Of a stretch of DNA of 64,000 bases, positions 43,164 to 54,620 are shown piece after piece. Both the position numbers and the translations under genes were made by a program. The first letter of the stretch is position 1. Each line of letters starts with the position of its first letter. The notes below the pieces were generated by a model. It was not told the DNA's origin, searched no databases, and saw nothing but the letters and a program-made list of their open reading frames with translations. The DNA lies in contig CM052839.1 of assembly GCA_028534125.1 (NCBI GenBank), forward strand, positions 46,252,001 to 46,316,000, given 5' to 3'. The stretch is from Lama glama. Lineage: Eukaryota.

Positions 43164-43302
43164 GTTTTTATTTTCATTTTTTGGTGGGGGGAGGTTTTTA
43201 GGTTTACTCATTGATTTATTCTCAGAGCAGGTACTGGGGATTGAACCCAGGACCTCATGCATGCTAAGCATGCACTCTACCACCTGAGCTATACCCTCCC
43301 CC
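43164..43302 (-). mobile_element. tRNA-Ala-derived SINE (Vic-1 type)
   Basis: Reverse complement reads GGGGAGGGTATAGCTCAGGTGGTAGAGTGCATGCTTAGCATGCATGAGGTCCTGGGTTCAATCCCCAGTACC; degenerate 17-bp TSD (43147-43163 and 43303-43319). Confidence 0.9.
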
Positions 43303-44559
43303 CTCTTCTGATGTAATTTAATGTGACCGAGTTTTTCTTCTCCAGACACCCGGGGGATGGCCTGGCGTAGGCTTCCGCCCCCGCAGGGAGATGTGTGTGG
43401 CCCAGGCTGGGGCTCTGACTTCTCGGGGAGTCCTCCCTCTCTTCCAGAGCCCCACTGGCAGCTGCACTGGCCCTTTCTTTCTCCAGGAGCCCCCGCCTGA
43501 GTTTCTGGGAGCTCGGCACGGTCTCAGTGGCCCAAGGCCATGTGTCCTGACTGTGGGTGTTAAACCAGACCCTCAGCCAGTAGGGTTGGCGCTGTTCCAG
43601 GCCTGCTGTTGGATGTACTTGCTGGAAATAATTGAAGTAACAGTTTGAGGGAGAATCCTCACCTGAGTGCTTGCTGGGTACTGGACATTGTGATGTGGAT
43701 CATGCAGACGGGAGGGCAGGGCTCATCTGGAGCCTCGCGCACGACCGCCCTCTTCTCTCCGCACTGTGGTGCTGATGGTCCTGCCCGCAGCCACCACTAC
43801 GCTGCTGCCCTGGCCTCACATGGTGCCTGCTGGGGTGAGCGGGGCCCTCTGCCAGCGGCCTGGTCCCCGCTGGCTCTGCAGGCAGGTGGGCGACTAGGAC
43901 GGCGCGTGGCCTCTGGTCTGCTGGCTGCCTGTGGTGCAGGGTCTCCCCCCTCCCCCCCGCAGGTCCCCGCCCCAGCCCCATATGCTCAGGCGGCCCTGAG
44001 GTGACGTGTGCGGGCCCTTCCCCTGTGCCCACATCCTCCAGGTTGGAGGCTGGGAGGTGGGGGGGGTAGGTTTGGGCGTTGCAGCACCTGCTCCGGGGCC
44101 TGCTTGTCCTTGCTGCCCCCTCCCCGTGCCCAGGTCCTGCTGGTACCAGGTCCCACAGCAGAGGCAGTGGGAACAAGTGTTTGTGACCGGTCACTGGGGC
44201 CCTGGCCCCACGTCTGCTGTGACCCCTGGGTGAACGCGTCACTTGGCGTCATCTGTGACTGGCACAGGTGCCTGAGCTGTACTGGGGGCCGTGAGAAACA
44301 GCAGTCAGTGGGGCGGCAGGGTAAGTGGGCGAATCTGGGGTCCTCCTGAGAGCTCGAAACACTCCTCTGTCTTGTGAACAGTTCAGTTAGGAGATAAAAC
44401 AGCGGGAGCCTTGTGTGTATGACTCGGACGACAGAGAAACAGGCCTGGTGCCGTAGGTTCGCATCGGGCTCTGCAGCTGCGGCCGGGGGCTCCTTAGACT
44501 CAGGAACACTTCCTGGCAAGGCTGTAAAACAGGTCTCAGGACGTTTCAAAGAACCTTGG

Positions 44560-44805
44560 GTGTTCAGGCTACATTCTTTGACCAGAGCGCAATGAAATTA
44601 GAAGTCAGGTACGGAAAGATAGAAGTGAGACATGAGGTTTTAGTTTGAAAGCTTGTGGGTTTCTATGTAACACATGAATCAAAGAAGAAATCTCAATCGA
44701 AGTTTTATAATGAAAATTTAAAGACAGAATTGAGCAGTAACAAAATTATATATCAAAGTTTTTGTGATGCAGCTGATAGTACGCTTCAGGGAAATTTAAA
44801 ACCTT
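44560..44805 (+). mobile_element. Old L1 ORF2 fragment (end of endonuclease / Z region)
   Basis: AT-rich; degenerate echo of FSDHNxMKLE...KEEI...YQxLWDAAKAVLRGKF. Confidence 0.6.
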
Positions 44806-44905
44806 AAGCAGGAATTGTGAAACTGTGGCCCTCGGGCCCAGTCTGGCCTTGGTCTGTTTTTGTACGGCCTTGGAGCCAAGAATGGTTTTTCCTTTTTTAA
44901 ACATA
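44806..44905. mobile_element. MER58-like hAT DNA transposon fragment
   Basis: cagg...aaactgtggccctcgggcccagtctggcc...tgtttttgtacggcc...aagaatggttttt resembles recalled MER58. Confidence 0.55.
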
Positions 44906-45369
44906 GTTTATAAAAAAGAGGAGAGGCAGCCAGCGGGCGGCCGAGCTGACTCTCAGGCTCCCGCCCTGTGCAGAGATCGCAGCTGACCTGCCTCAGAAGC
45001 TTGTGAGACCAGAGAAGGGCCCCCAGTGCCAGGGAGCCAGTGGCGAGCAGACACGGGTGCGTGAGGTCAGAGGCCAGGAAGCCGACCGCAGCGGGAAGCT
45101 TCCCCGTCTGCGGGCAGGTGGTGAGCAGAGGAAGCAGGGCAGCAGTGTGGACGGCCAGGCGGGCTCTGGAGCAGGTCCTGTGGGGACGAAACCCATGTGT
45201 CAGAGTGTGTTGGCTGCTGGCTGTAATAGCTCGGGTAAAGCAGACGTCCCTTGAAAAATACAACTTATCAGAAAAGCAGAAGTGGAAAGATGACTTCTCT
45301 GTCCTTCAGTGTTCGTTACTGATACATTGGGACAGTAACTCCCCGCCTGAGAGGTTTTAAACACAGGTC

Positions 45370-45760
45370 CATTAAGGTATCACGTATGTGCCGTACAGGT
45401 CACCTGTTTGAAGCGTGCCGTCCGTGGCTTCTGTGTGTCCACAGGGCTGTGCAGCTGTCCCCAGAGTCAGGTCTAGGGCCTTTTCATCGCTCCAAAAGGA
45501 CCCCATCCACGCCCCTTAGCCGTCCCCGAACCCTCGCTGTCCTCGGCGCCACGCAGCGGCTGGTCCGCCTTCCGTCTGGATTCGCCCGTCTGGTTGTTCC
45601 GTATAAACGGACGCGTGCGCTGCGTGGTCCTCTGTGGCCGGCTTCTCTCCCTCAGCACGGCGTTTGAGGTTGGTCCATGCCGTAGCCTGTCAGGGCCTCG
45701 TCTCTTTTGCTGAAGAAGACCCCGTGTGGTGCGGCTCATTGCTGGGGCCGCCGTAACCAC
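45370..45760 (-). mobile_element. Old L1 (L1MB-like) 3' fragment, strongly GC-shifted
   Basis: Collinear with the 26757 and 9340 relics (tcacctgtttgaagcg...ttttcatcgctccaaaagg...tataaacgga...). Confidence 0.6.
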
Positions 45761-46923
45761 ACGTGGTGAGGCAGCGCTCAGGCGCTCCCGCACGGACCTC
45801 AAGTCTGTCGTGCTCAGGGTTCCTTCTTGTGTCGCAGGCCCCCGCCCTGGGACAGTTTTACTTCTTTGGCTTTAGAAGTTCCTCGGCAGGTGTGCTCCCA
45901 GCAGTTGTCTGGGGGCTTCCCTGTTGCATGCAGACTGCCTGTTCGCCGCTGCGCCTCGTCTCCTGCTGCTCCTGGGAGCCGCCTCTCTGTTTTCCGGTCT
46001 TCCCGTGACGTGTCCAGGAGTGGACGTCTCTTTATTTCTCTTCTCCCTCTGGGACGCCGTCTCCATGCTTTTTGTTCTTCGTGTCTTGTCTCCTTTTCTC
46101 CCTGGGTTGTGGTGTCTCTCTCCTGTGTCGCCTGGTTCTCTCACCTGCCGGTCTCATCTGTCAAAGCCGGACATTGTCCTTTGATCCCGGTGCCTGTCTG
46201 TGCGTTATGTGCAGTGAGTTTATACGCGGCGCTGTGTGTGCGTTACAGCTCAACAGGAATCTTATTTGTAGCTCATTGTTCACTGCATCTTTGAGACATT
46301 TTATGTAGGGTTTTATAGAACCGTAATTTGAAAGGTCCACTATCTAAGCTCCTTTCGGTTTAAATTAGGTGATTTTTTTTTTCTTTGTGCTGACTCTGCC
46401 AGCCAGGCTGCCTCCCTGTGTGGATGTCTCCACCAGGCCTCCCTCCACGTGGGCGCCTCCTGACCGGCCTGGTCACTGACACCCCTGGGGGCCCCTCACC
46501 CACTCAGGTTCTGCGTCCCTATGCCCAGCTGTCCCTCTGCAGGAGCACCCCTTCACCCTGCTGGGCTCTGGCCCCTTTTGTGGGCTGTCTGCCTCGCGGA
46601 CCCCTCCTCAGCCAGTAGCCGAGCAGGACCCTGTGGGGCCTTCCCAGGACAGACCCCTCCCCATATCCTCTGCTGCAGCTCCTCTCTGAGGGGACCCAGA
46701 TAGTCGTATCTCACGTGTGTATTTCCTGAGTTTTTCAGAGGCTGAAAACCACACCAAAGGGAAGAAATCAACTGCTTAATGATCTAGAGCACGTGGCCCC
46801 CAGACCTGCTGGCGCCTCGGGGCTGGTAGTGTCGACTCCCTGTCCCCCCGACATCGGCCCGTCAGGGTCGTGCACGAGCAGACCCCAGACCCTGCGACTG
46901 CTCCCTTACCTGGCCGTTGTGCA

Positions 46924-47008
46924 TTTGTTTTCAGAGGAGGTGCTGGGGATTGAACCCAGGACCTCGCACGTGCTAGGCGTGCACCTTGCCACTGAGCTAC
47001 GCCCGCCC
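46924..47008 (-). mobile_element. Vic-1-type SINE, short tail
   Basis: gaggtgctggggattgaacccaggacctcgcacgtgctaggc...actgagctac. Confidence 0.85.
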
Positions 47009-47173
47009 TGCTTTGCCCATTTTAAGACTGGGTTGCTTTGTCTGTTTGTTGCTGACCCTGTACGGTCTCTCTGTGTGTGCTGGATTGTGGACCCTTACCA
47101 GATACACAGTTTGCAGATGTTTTCTCCAGTTCTGTGGGTTGTCTGTTTTCTTGATCTTGTTTGTGTCATTTTT

Positions 47174-47558
47174 CTTTTTTTTTAATTGAAGTACAGTTGA
47201 TCTACAATGTTGTGTTTGTTCTGGGTGTACAGTAACGTGATTGAGTTACACATGCATGTGTTTCCTTTTAGATTCTTTAGCATTATAGGTTATTGCAAGG
47301 TACTGAATAGAGTTCCCTGTGCTGTACAGTAGGACCTTGTTGCTTATCTGTTTTATAGATAGTAGTCTGTGTCTGCTAATCTCAAACTCCTAATGTATCC
47401 CTCCCCTACCCTCTGTCCCCTTTGGTAACCGCAAGTTTATTTTTTGTGTCTATGAATCTATTTCTGTTTTGTAAGTAAGTTCCTTTGTAACATTTTTTTA
47501 AGATTCCACATGGAAGTGTTATTGTATAGTATTTGTCTTTCTCTGTCTGACTTACATA
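47174..47558 (-). mobile_element. 5'-truncated L1 3' end
   Basis: Typical L1 3' UTR antisense text (ttgaagtacagttgatctacaatg...attccaca...gtctgacttac); perfect 13-bp TSD ttgtgtcattttt (47161-47173 and 47559-47571); TT/AAAAA site. Confidence 0.88.
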
Positions 47559-50500
47559 TTGTGTCATTTTTAATGTAAGAATTTCCCTATTTTAACTCTC
47601 ATTTTAGTTCTCTTTATCTGCGCCACTTTGGAGGGTGTGAAGTGTGTGCGTACGGGTTTTTAAAGGGTATCCCTAGTTTTTTTATTTTAAGGTATTTGAT
47701 ACTTCTTCAATAAGAATTGAGATTATGAAATAATTTATAGTTTGAAGAAGGAAAGTATTAAGCACGTTTAAAGTGGTACATGCTTAGCGTTTATACTTGA
47801 CATACGTATGGGAGCCACGTAAATTTAAAAACCTTGGTGTCATGTGGTTTTATCTGTGTTGTTTTTAAGAATTGAAGTTCATAATCTGGGTCAAAACTAA
47901 GATTGTGATGTTTATGAACAAGGAGTGGCTTGACTGGGGGTGTGTTAGTCGTGTGCGGTGCGCTCAGAAAGTAATGTCTTTGCGCAGAGTTTATTATTTT
48001 AGATACTTGGGTAATATTTATGCTGTTTTAATGGGAAATCTTTTTCTGAATCTTTTAATGGGAAATCCTTCGACCTGGAAAAGCGCTTTACCTGCTCAGC
48101 TTATTTCTGCGTCTCTGTAACTTGGTCATCGGTTTCTGCCAGCAGCGGGCCCGTTCGGGGTTCTGGATGCAGTGCAGGTCGGCTGGTTTGATGGGGGTTA
48201 TGCAGGGAAGGCAGCCGGAGGGTCCAGGCACGTGAGTTCCAGGTTTGCTCGTGATCGTGGTGTGTTAGCAGGTCTCCTGGTGACACGTCTGGGCGGCAGG
48301 TTGCCCCAGGGCGGGGACACGACTGAGGTGGTTTCACGTTTCCCCGGGAGAGGCGGTTGTGTTCTCTGTGCCTGCCCCGCACTCCTGCCGCGTGAGGGCT
48401 GCCTGCGTGCCCCGGGTGCCAGCCTCCTCGGGGGCGGGTGGCTGCAGGTGCTTCCCTGCCCCGGCTCGGCCTGGGGGCCTCACTGGGGTCCTGCAAAGAG
48501 CCCCGGGGCCGCGCTGCTCTGCCTCGGCACCGGAGCAGGCCCTGCTCCGCAGCCTCGGGCTTCCGGGAAGGAGCCTGGGGAGTGGCCCAGCGGGCACAGG
48601 CCCTGACTTCTCCCCAGCAGGCCGGCTGCTGCAGGGTCGTGGAGACGGCTCTGTGCTTGGGTGCCCTGGGTGTCGAAGCGTAGCCCTGAAGCGGGTCCGT
48701 TCTTGGTGGAGGTGCAGTGGGCCGCAGGCAAGTGCTCGGGGCTAATCTAGCACCTGGAGCGTGGAGAGGAAGTGAGGATGGGGCTCTGCCTGGCTGTCAT
48801 GGGGATGGGCCCGTGGTTGGGGGTATTTGCCAGTTTTTGGATGAAGGGAGGATGAGGCCAAGTTCTGCCTGTACTTGGTGGGACTTCTCCCCACCAGGCA
48901 CAGCCATGCCTGAGGCGTGTTGTGTGCGCGTCACTCTAGGGGAGGGCAGCGTGAGGGGGTCATGGGGGCAGGTCAGGCAGTGTAGCTGTGGGAGTCCAGG
49001 CCTGCAGTCTGAAGTCTGCTGTCCGCGCTGCCTTGTCCAGCTGCCCAGAGCAGTGCCCTGGCTGGTGAGACGGGAGAAGACACCTGTCCTGATGAGCTGG
49101 GCCCCGGCGGGTGCAGACTCGTCACCCATCAGACCCGAGTGGCCTGTCATCCAGTGTTTGTCCTGCTGGCCGTCTGGCCTTGGACGGCGCGGCCTCTCTC
49201 GGGCCTCCTGCATGCTGGGTGTCAGGTCCCATGACCCTCATCCGGCGAGGCGGGGTCTCCAACAGGATGGTCCTCCAGACCTGGTGGTTCTAAAGTCGTG
49301 CTGTGGACACCTTGGGGGAGTTCTGGGGACTGCGGCCGGAGTCCAAGGCTGTGAGTCAGTGGCAGAACTCGTCCTGACTCCCGGTTAAGCCTCTAATTCT
49401 CCTGAGCACTGTTTTTGCTCCTTTAAAGTTGTTGTGCCTGGGCCACTCTGTCATCAGCTGTGGGTGTTTCCTGCACCAGCAGCACAGCCATGCTCCCTCC
49501 CCTCCCTGTCCGGTGGCCTTTGGCAAAGGGACAGGATGGACCGGCACTGGTCCTCGTGCCGGGGGTGGGGGTGGGTGGGGGCAGAGATGGAGAGAGGTCT
49601 TATCTCTACCTGCAAAGGAGGGTGGTTCAGAGCTCAGGGAGAGTTTAATTGGCCAAGTGCCATGGCTTAGGTGGCTTGAAATGAAGGAGTTCTGACACAA
49701 CATGGATCGAGGCCAGATGGGCCCCCAGGGAGGCCATTGTGACAGCCGGGAGATGTGCTGGCTGTGCTGGACTAAGGAGTGGGGAGCAGCTGTGTGGGTT
49801 TAATCCGGAAGGTTCAGGCTGCCCCATGGCAGTTCTCATGTCACCTCATTTCAGGGTGCTGGGAGGGCACATCCCTGTCCCGAGTCCTGGCCCTGGCAGG
49901 CACGGTGGGCACCTGGACAGGTGTGGGTGACGTAGTGGGATGGCTTTGTGTCTGGTCACGGCTTTCCTGGGTACCCATGGTGTCCTCTTGCTCGGTTTTA
50001 ATAAACCGCGGCTGCGAGAGGGGAGAGCCCCGTTTGGTGGCATCGCTCCAGGCGCTGCGGTGCTGACGAGGTGACAGCTGCTCCCGCACGGCCCTGACTC
50101 GGCGGGAAGTGTGGGCTGCGGCCGCAGGCGCTGCAGAGCGGGCAGCCCTGGCCCCGCGGGGTCCGGGTGTGGGGCTGCCCGCTCCTCCCCGCAGCCCCCC
50201 TCGCAGCTGGTGTGAGGCCTGGGAGGGGGCTCAGGAGGAATGGAATGTCTTGATCTTGAGGGAACGTCTGAAAAGGTGGGGTTTCAGTGGTGAAAAAATT
50301 AAAAGGTGTGCCAGGAGGTTGTATGTCTTGAGGATTATTTCTAAGCAAACAATTTCACTTGACCTCGAGCACAGTTTTCCAGCCAAGAGTTAGAGCACTT
50401 GGTCCCCGCCGTGGTGAAGAAATGAGTCCGCTCTGGGGATTTCTGAACGTTGGAGTCCCATCTGTCCCTGTCCTTCCTTGTGTCGACCGTGAAGTGTTCG

Positions 50501-53500
50501 CAGCCCGAAGGCTTGGGCACGTTTGCCTTAGGCTGGGGGACAGGCGCATGAGGGAGGGAGAGCTTGCCTTGCAGCTGCACTGTTGCTGGTGCAGCTCACC
50601 TTGGGAGAAGCTGAAGATCGGGGACGGCAAGTCCATTTCAAAAGGGGCGGAGAGGCGTCTCTCTGTCGTCCTTCATCTACGAAGAAGGATGTGCTTGGGT
50701 GAAATGCTGAGGAGATATTTCCAAGAGGAAACTGCGTAAGCAGTTTAAAACGTTGCAAAGGATGTTTGTTCTTGGAGAAAGAGTGAGAGAGAAACACTTA
50801 GATTCGCTCGCGACCGACTGGCACCTACTGTGTGCAGGGGCAGGGTGCAGGATGGTGTGGGCAGGGCTCCGGAATCCCCGTGCTGGCCAGACCTGGGCGG
50901 GGGGAGGTCTCCTGCCGCTGTCCTCAGGCACGGTGAGCTGAAGTTCTCAGCGCCCCCGAGACGAAGTTCCTCAGCTGCCCTGGAGGTTCCGAGTGTGCCA
51001 GGCCCACCAGACTTGGTGTCAGCTCCCTTCTGCTTCTGCAGCCTCTGCACTCTGACTTTGTCCCGGGCCTTCAGAACACTTGGACGTTTAGATTCTGATC
51101 TCTCAGTGACAGACAGACATCGTCAGTCTCAAGTTCCCCGTGACCTAAACACCGGGCAGCTCTTGTTGCGGCCCCGGCACAGACGCCCCGGCATCTGGAA
51201 GTGGAAGCCCTCGGGTCTCCCGGCGGAGCTCCCAGCCCCTCCTTTAAAGCCCCTGGAGGTGGGGGTGTTTCAGAGTCGAGACCTCTTCATCCCCAGGCAG
51301 GTCGTGGGTTCCTCCGCTGTGTGGCCTCCGCCCCCCGTGGAGTCCGGGCGGCGCCCACAGCTGACACAGGCGCCCTCCTGCAGGGCATGTGGCCAGAGCC
51401 ACAGCGGGAGGGGAGCGCACACTGTAGGCTGACCCGTGTCAGCTCAGCCAGGCTTTGCTGCCAAAGAAGATCCCAGCCCCTCTTCTCAGAGCTTCTGGAT
51501 TGTGCAGTTGTGGGTGCGGGACTCCGAGCCTTCATCACCTGTTGAAATAAACGGTGAGAGGAACTAAGGTATGCAAATGTCTTAAATACTGTTTTTTAAG
51601 ATTAGAAAAACCCATATTTATCCAAACCATTAGTCAAATACTTGGTTTTTGTTGAGGGGAGGGGAGATGGTGGAGGAGCTCCCAGCTTACTAGGAAGGGG
51701 CAGACTGGGAGCGCAGGCTCCGGGGGCTGCGGGATGAGGCCCCAGGCCTGCAGGCCGCTGGGGTGGGCTGTCACTCCTGGGACCCCCGATGGCTGCACTC
51801 GGACCCGAGGGTGACGCCGGGGAGGAAGCCTGCCACTGGTCACCGAGGCCGGAGGTGGGAGGGGCTCTGGACTGGGAGGTGCAGTTTGGAGGATCAGCCA
51901 ACGTGGCACGTGCAGGGGGCTGCTGGTCACCGGGGTGGGGGCCCGGCGCAGCCCTGCCGGCTGCATGGTGACTGTTGCACACAGACTGGAGCCAGAGTGA
52001 TGCTTGTGACTCAGACGTGTGTGTTTTCATTTGCGTGCAGACATGTAGACGTGAACTTAGCAGCGAAAGCACCCTCTCACCTGTCGAACTGGCCTTTAGG
52101 AGATACTGTGAGTGGTCTGTCATCGTAGAGTGAGGCTCTTCACTGATTCTGGTTCGTTCTACTTTCAGTAATCTGAGAGCAGATTTCGTATTTCCTTTTT
52201 CGCTCTTGCTGGTTCACCGTCCTTTTCAAGTTGTAGTAGTAACCCTCCACAGAAGGTCCCTCTAGTCCGATGGAGCTGGGAGGGCTGCCCGTGACCCAGG
52301 CTTCTCAGAGCAGCTGTGACCTGCCCTCCCGTTCAGCCGCTCTGGGGAGGGTCCTGCGCACCAGAGGGCGTTCTTATGGCAGCCAGGGCCGAGGCCCGCT
52401 GCCTGAGCACCAGCCTGCGATGCTGAACTGAGCAAATGACACGTGGCACTTACGGAGGGAGGGGCGTGTGCTCCGGCTCTTGTGAAAGCTGTGCTCTTAA
52501 AGGTGGTGTTTTCCCAGCATGACCCAAAGGTGCGGAGAGCCGTGGGGCTGGTGGGCGAGGCCTGTCTTCCCAGCCTGCCCTGTGGTGCCGTCTGCTCCGA
52601 CCAGCGCCTTGTGAACAGGAGGACCACGGTGGCGTTGCTTGGCGCTTGTCAGGAGAAGAGCCTCTGTGATGTCTGCCTGCCTGTGCTGCGCACGGCGGGA
52701 GCGGAGCCCGGGGAGGTGGGTGGCAGCGCCCTGCCCTGACGTGCCATGCCATCTGGGGACCTCTGGGCCCTATGGGGCGGTGGGCCTGCAGATGGACAGG
52801 GTCGAGGAGGCTCCAGGGTGTCAGTCCATCCGAGCCCCAGAGGGCCAGCAAGGGAATGGTGGGGGAGGTGAGGGAGGACATCCTAGAGGTGCGTGGGAGC
52901 CGGTGGAGGGCACTGTGCCCGGGGACCTGGGCTGACCTGGGCTGACCTGGGCAGTCCCTCTGCGCCCCGGTTTCCCCGCTGTGCCCCCACCTCCCGCTCC
53001 TCCGCTGACAGTTGGTCTCTGTCCACGTGACCTTCAGTAATCGCTCTCAGCACTCGTGTCTCGTTGGCGTCCTTCACCTGCTGTCTCCTCTCCAAGTTGC
53101 AGTGTTCGCAGTTTGTGATGTAGTGAGCTCGCCATGTGTGCTGGCCAGCACATCTTTCTCCGTCGTGTCACACTTACCATTTGTTACTTATCTTGAAACG
53201 CTCTTTAGTGTCTTGGGCTGCTGTGTGCCCTTTGCTCATCACCTCCTCTGTGCAAGTGGTGTGGTGGGAGCTGCCCTCCACACCCGGGGGAGGGGTGCGC
53301 CTTGCTGTTTGCCTCGGTCTCACTTGTGATTACACGAAGCGTTTCGGAAGGCCCCGCCCCAGGTAGAACTCTACGAGCCCCTGTCTTGAAATGGCCATCG
53401 CATCGTTTCTTGTGAGGAGAGCCTCCGTCTGTGGCTAGTGTGCCGCACAATAACGGTCGGACCCGCCTAGGCTGGCCTGTGTGCCCTGCATTTGCTGGGA

Positions 53501-54266
53501 GCCCTTATGGTCTTAGGGCTTCTGCTGAGGGAGCATCCGTTCTTGCCTCGGCTCTCAGTTGCAGCACTAGGGGCGGTGCTGGGGGGTCTTGTTCACAGAG
53601 AGGATGCTTGGGGGGCTCCTGGACCAGCTCGGCCACGTAACTTTCCCATGGAAAGGGAGTGGGCTTCGTGGGCGCTCCCACTGTGTTGGGGTGGGTGTGC
53701 TTGTGGCGTCTAGGGGAGAGGGGAGCCAGGTGGCGCGCAGGTCGGGTGCCCACCCCCAGCAACACAGGATGCTACTGAGATATCTCTCCCCTACGTGTGG
53801 TGGGGATGAGCCCTGGCTGGGTTCTCCCCACGTCCATGGGGCTGGGGTCCCTCACCCTCCAAGGAAGGCCAGCACGCAGGTCTGCGCTCCCCACTGTGCC
53901 GGGTGAAGGCTGGCACTGCTGCCTGCAGGTCGGCCAAGGGCCTTTGAGACAGTTTTTCAGACGTCCTGTGGGAACTGAGAACCAAGTGTCTGTGGAACCA
54001 GATTTTCTGTCCGTCATTTCCTCTCCGCCAGCAAATTCAACATTGGTTTTTTTCTCAGCAACTTGGACTGCATTCTTTAGGTAGGTATGATGGCTATTTG
54101 TACTGGTGGCTGAAATAAAAGTTCTGTGGTGGTGGCCACACCCACTCCCAGGGAACTAGTGCTTTCCTGGACTCAGACTCAGGCAGGCGGGCTCAAGGCC
54201 TGAGTGTGGCTCCCCAGGCAGTGCCGTCAGGTGACGAGGTGGCTCAGTGATCTTTGTGGTCCAGAG

Positions 54267-54520
54267 GCATCCTGGGAGACTCAGCCAAGTGCATCCTGGG
54301 AGCTGTCATTTTAATGCACCCTGGGAGATGTCATCCTAGTGTAGCATCCTGGGAGATGTCTTCCTAGTCTAGCATCCTGGGAGATGTCTTCCTAGTGTAG
54401 CATCCTGGGAGATGTCTTCCTAGTGTAGCATCCTGGGAGATGTCTTCCTAGTCTAGCATCCTGGGAGATGTCATCCTAGCGTAGCATCCTGGGAGATGTC
54501 TTCCTAGCCTAGCATCCTGG
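54267..54520 (+). repeat. 28-bp minisatellite (AGCATCCTGGGAGATGTCWTCCTAGYST), at least 6 full units plus degenerate 24-28 bp leading units; truncated by the gap
   Basis: Unit starts at 54343, 54371, 54399, 54427, 54455, 54483, 54511. Confidence 0.95.
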
Positions 54521-54620
54521 NNNNNNNNNNNNNNNNNNNNNNNNNNNNNNNNNNNNNNNNNNNNNNNNNNNNNNNNNNNNNNNNNNNNNNNNNNNNNNNN
54601 NNNNNNNNNNNNNNNNNNNN
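54521..54620. other. Assembly gap (100 N, true size unknown)
   Basis: Run of N directly after the minisatellite. Confidence 0.99.

Noticed and set aside
52924-52952. (GACCTGGGCT)x3 as a functional element
   Set aside because: Short slippage-type repeat with no supporting context.
54267-54520. CRISPR-like array
   Set aside because: Units are head-to-tail with no unique spacers, in mammalian DNA with no cas genes; it is a minisatellite.
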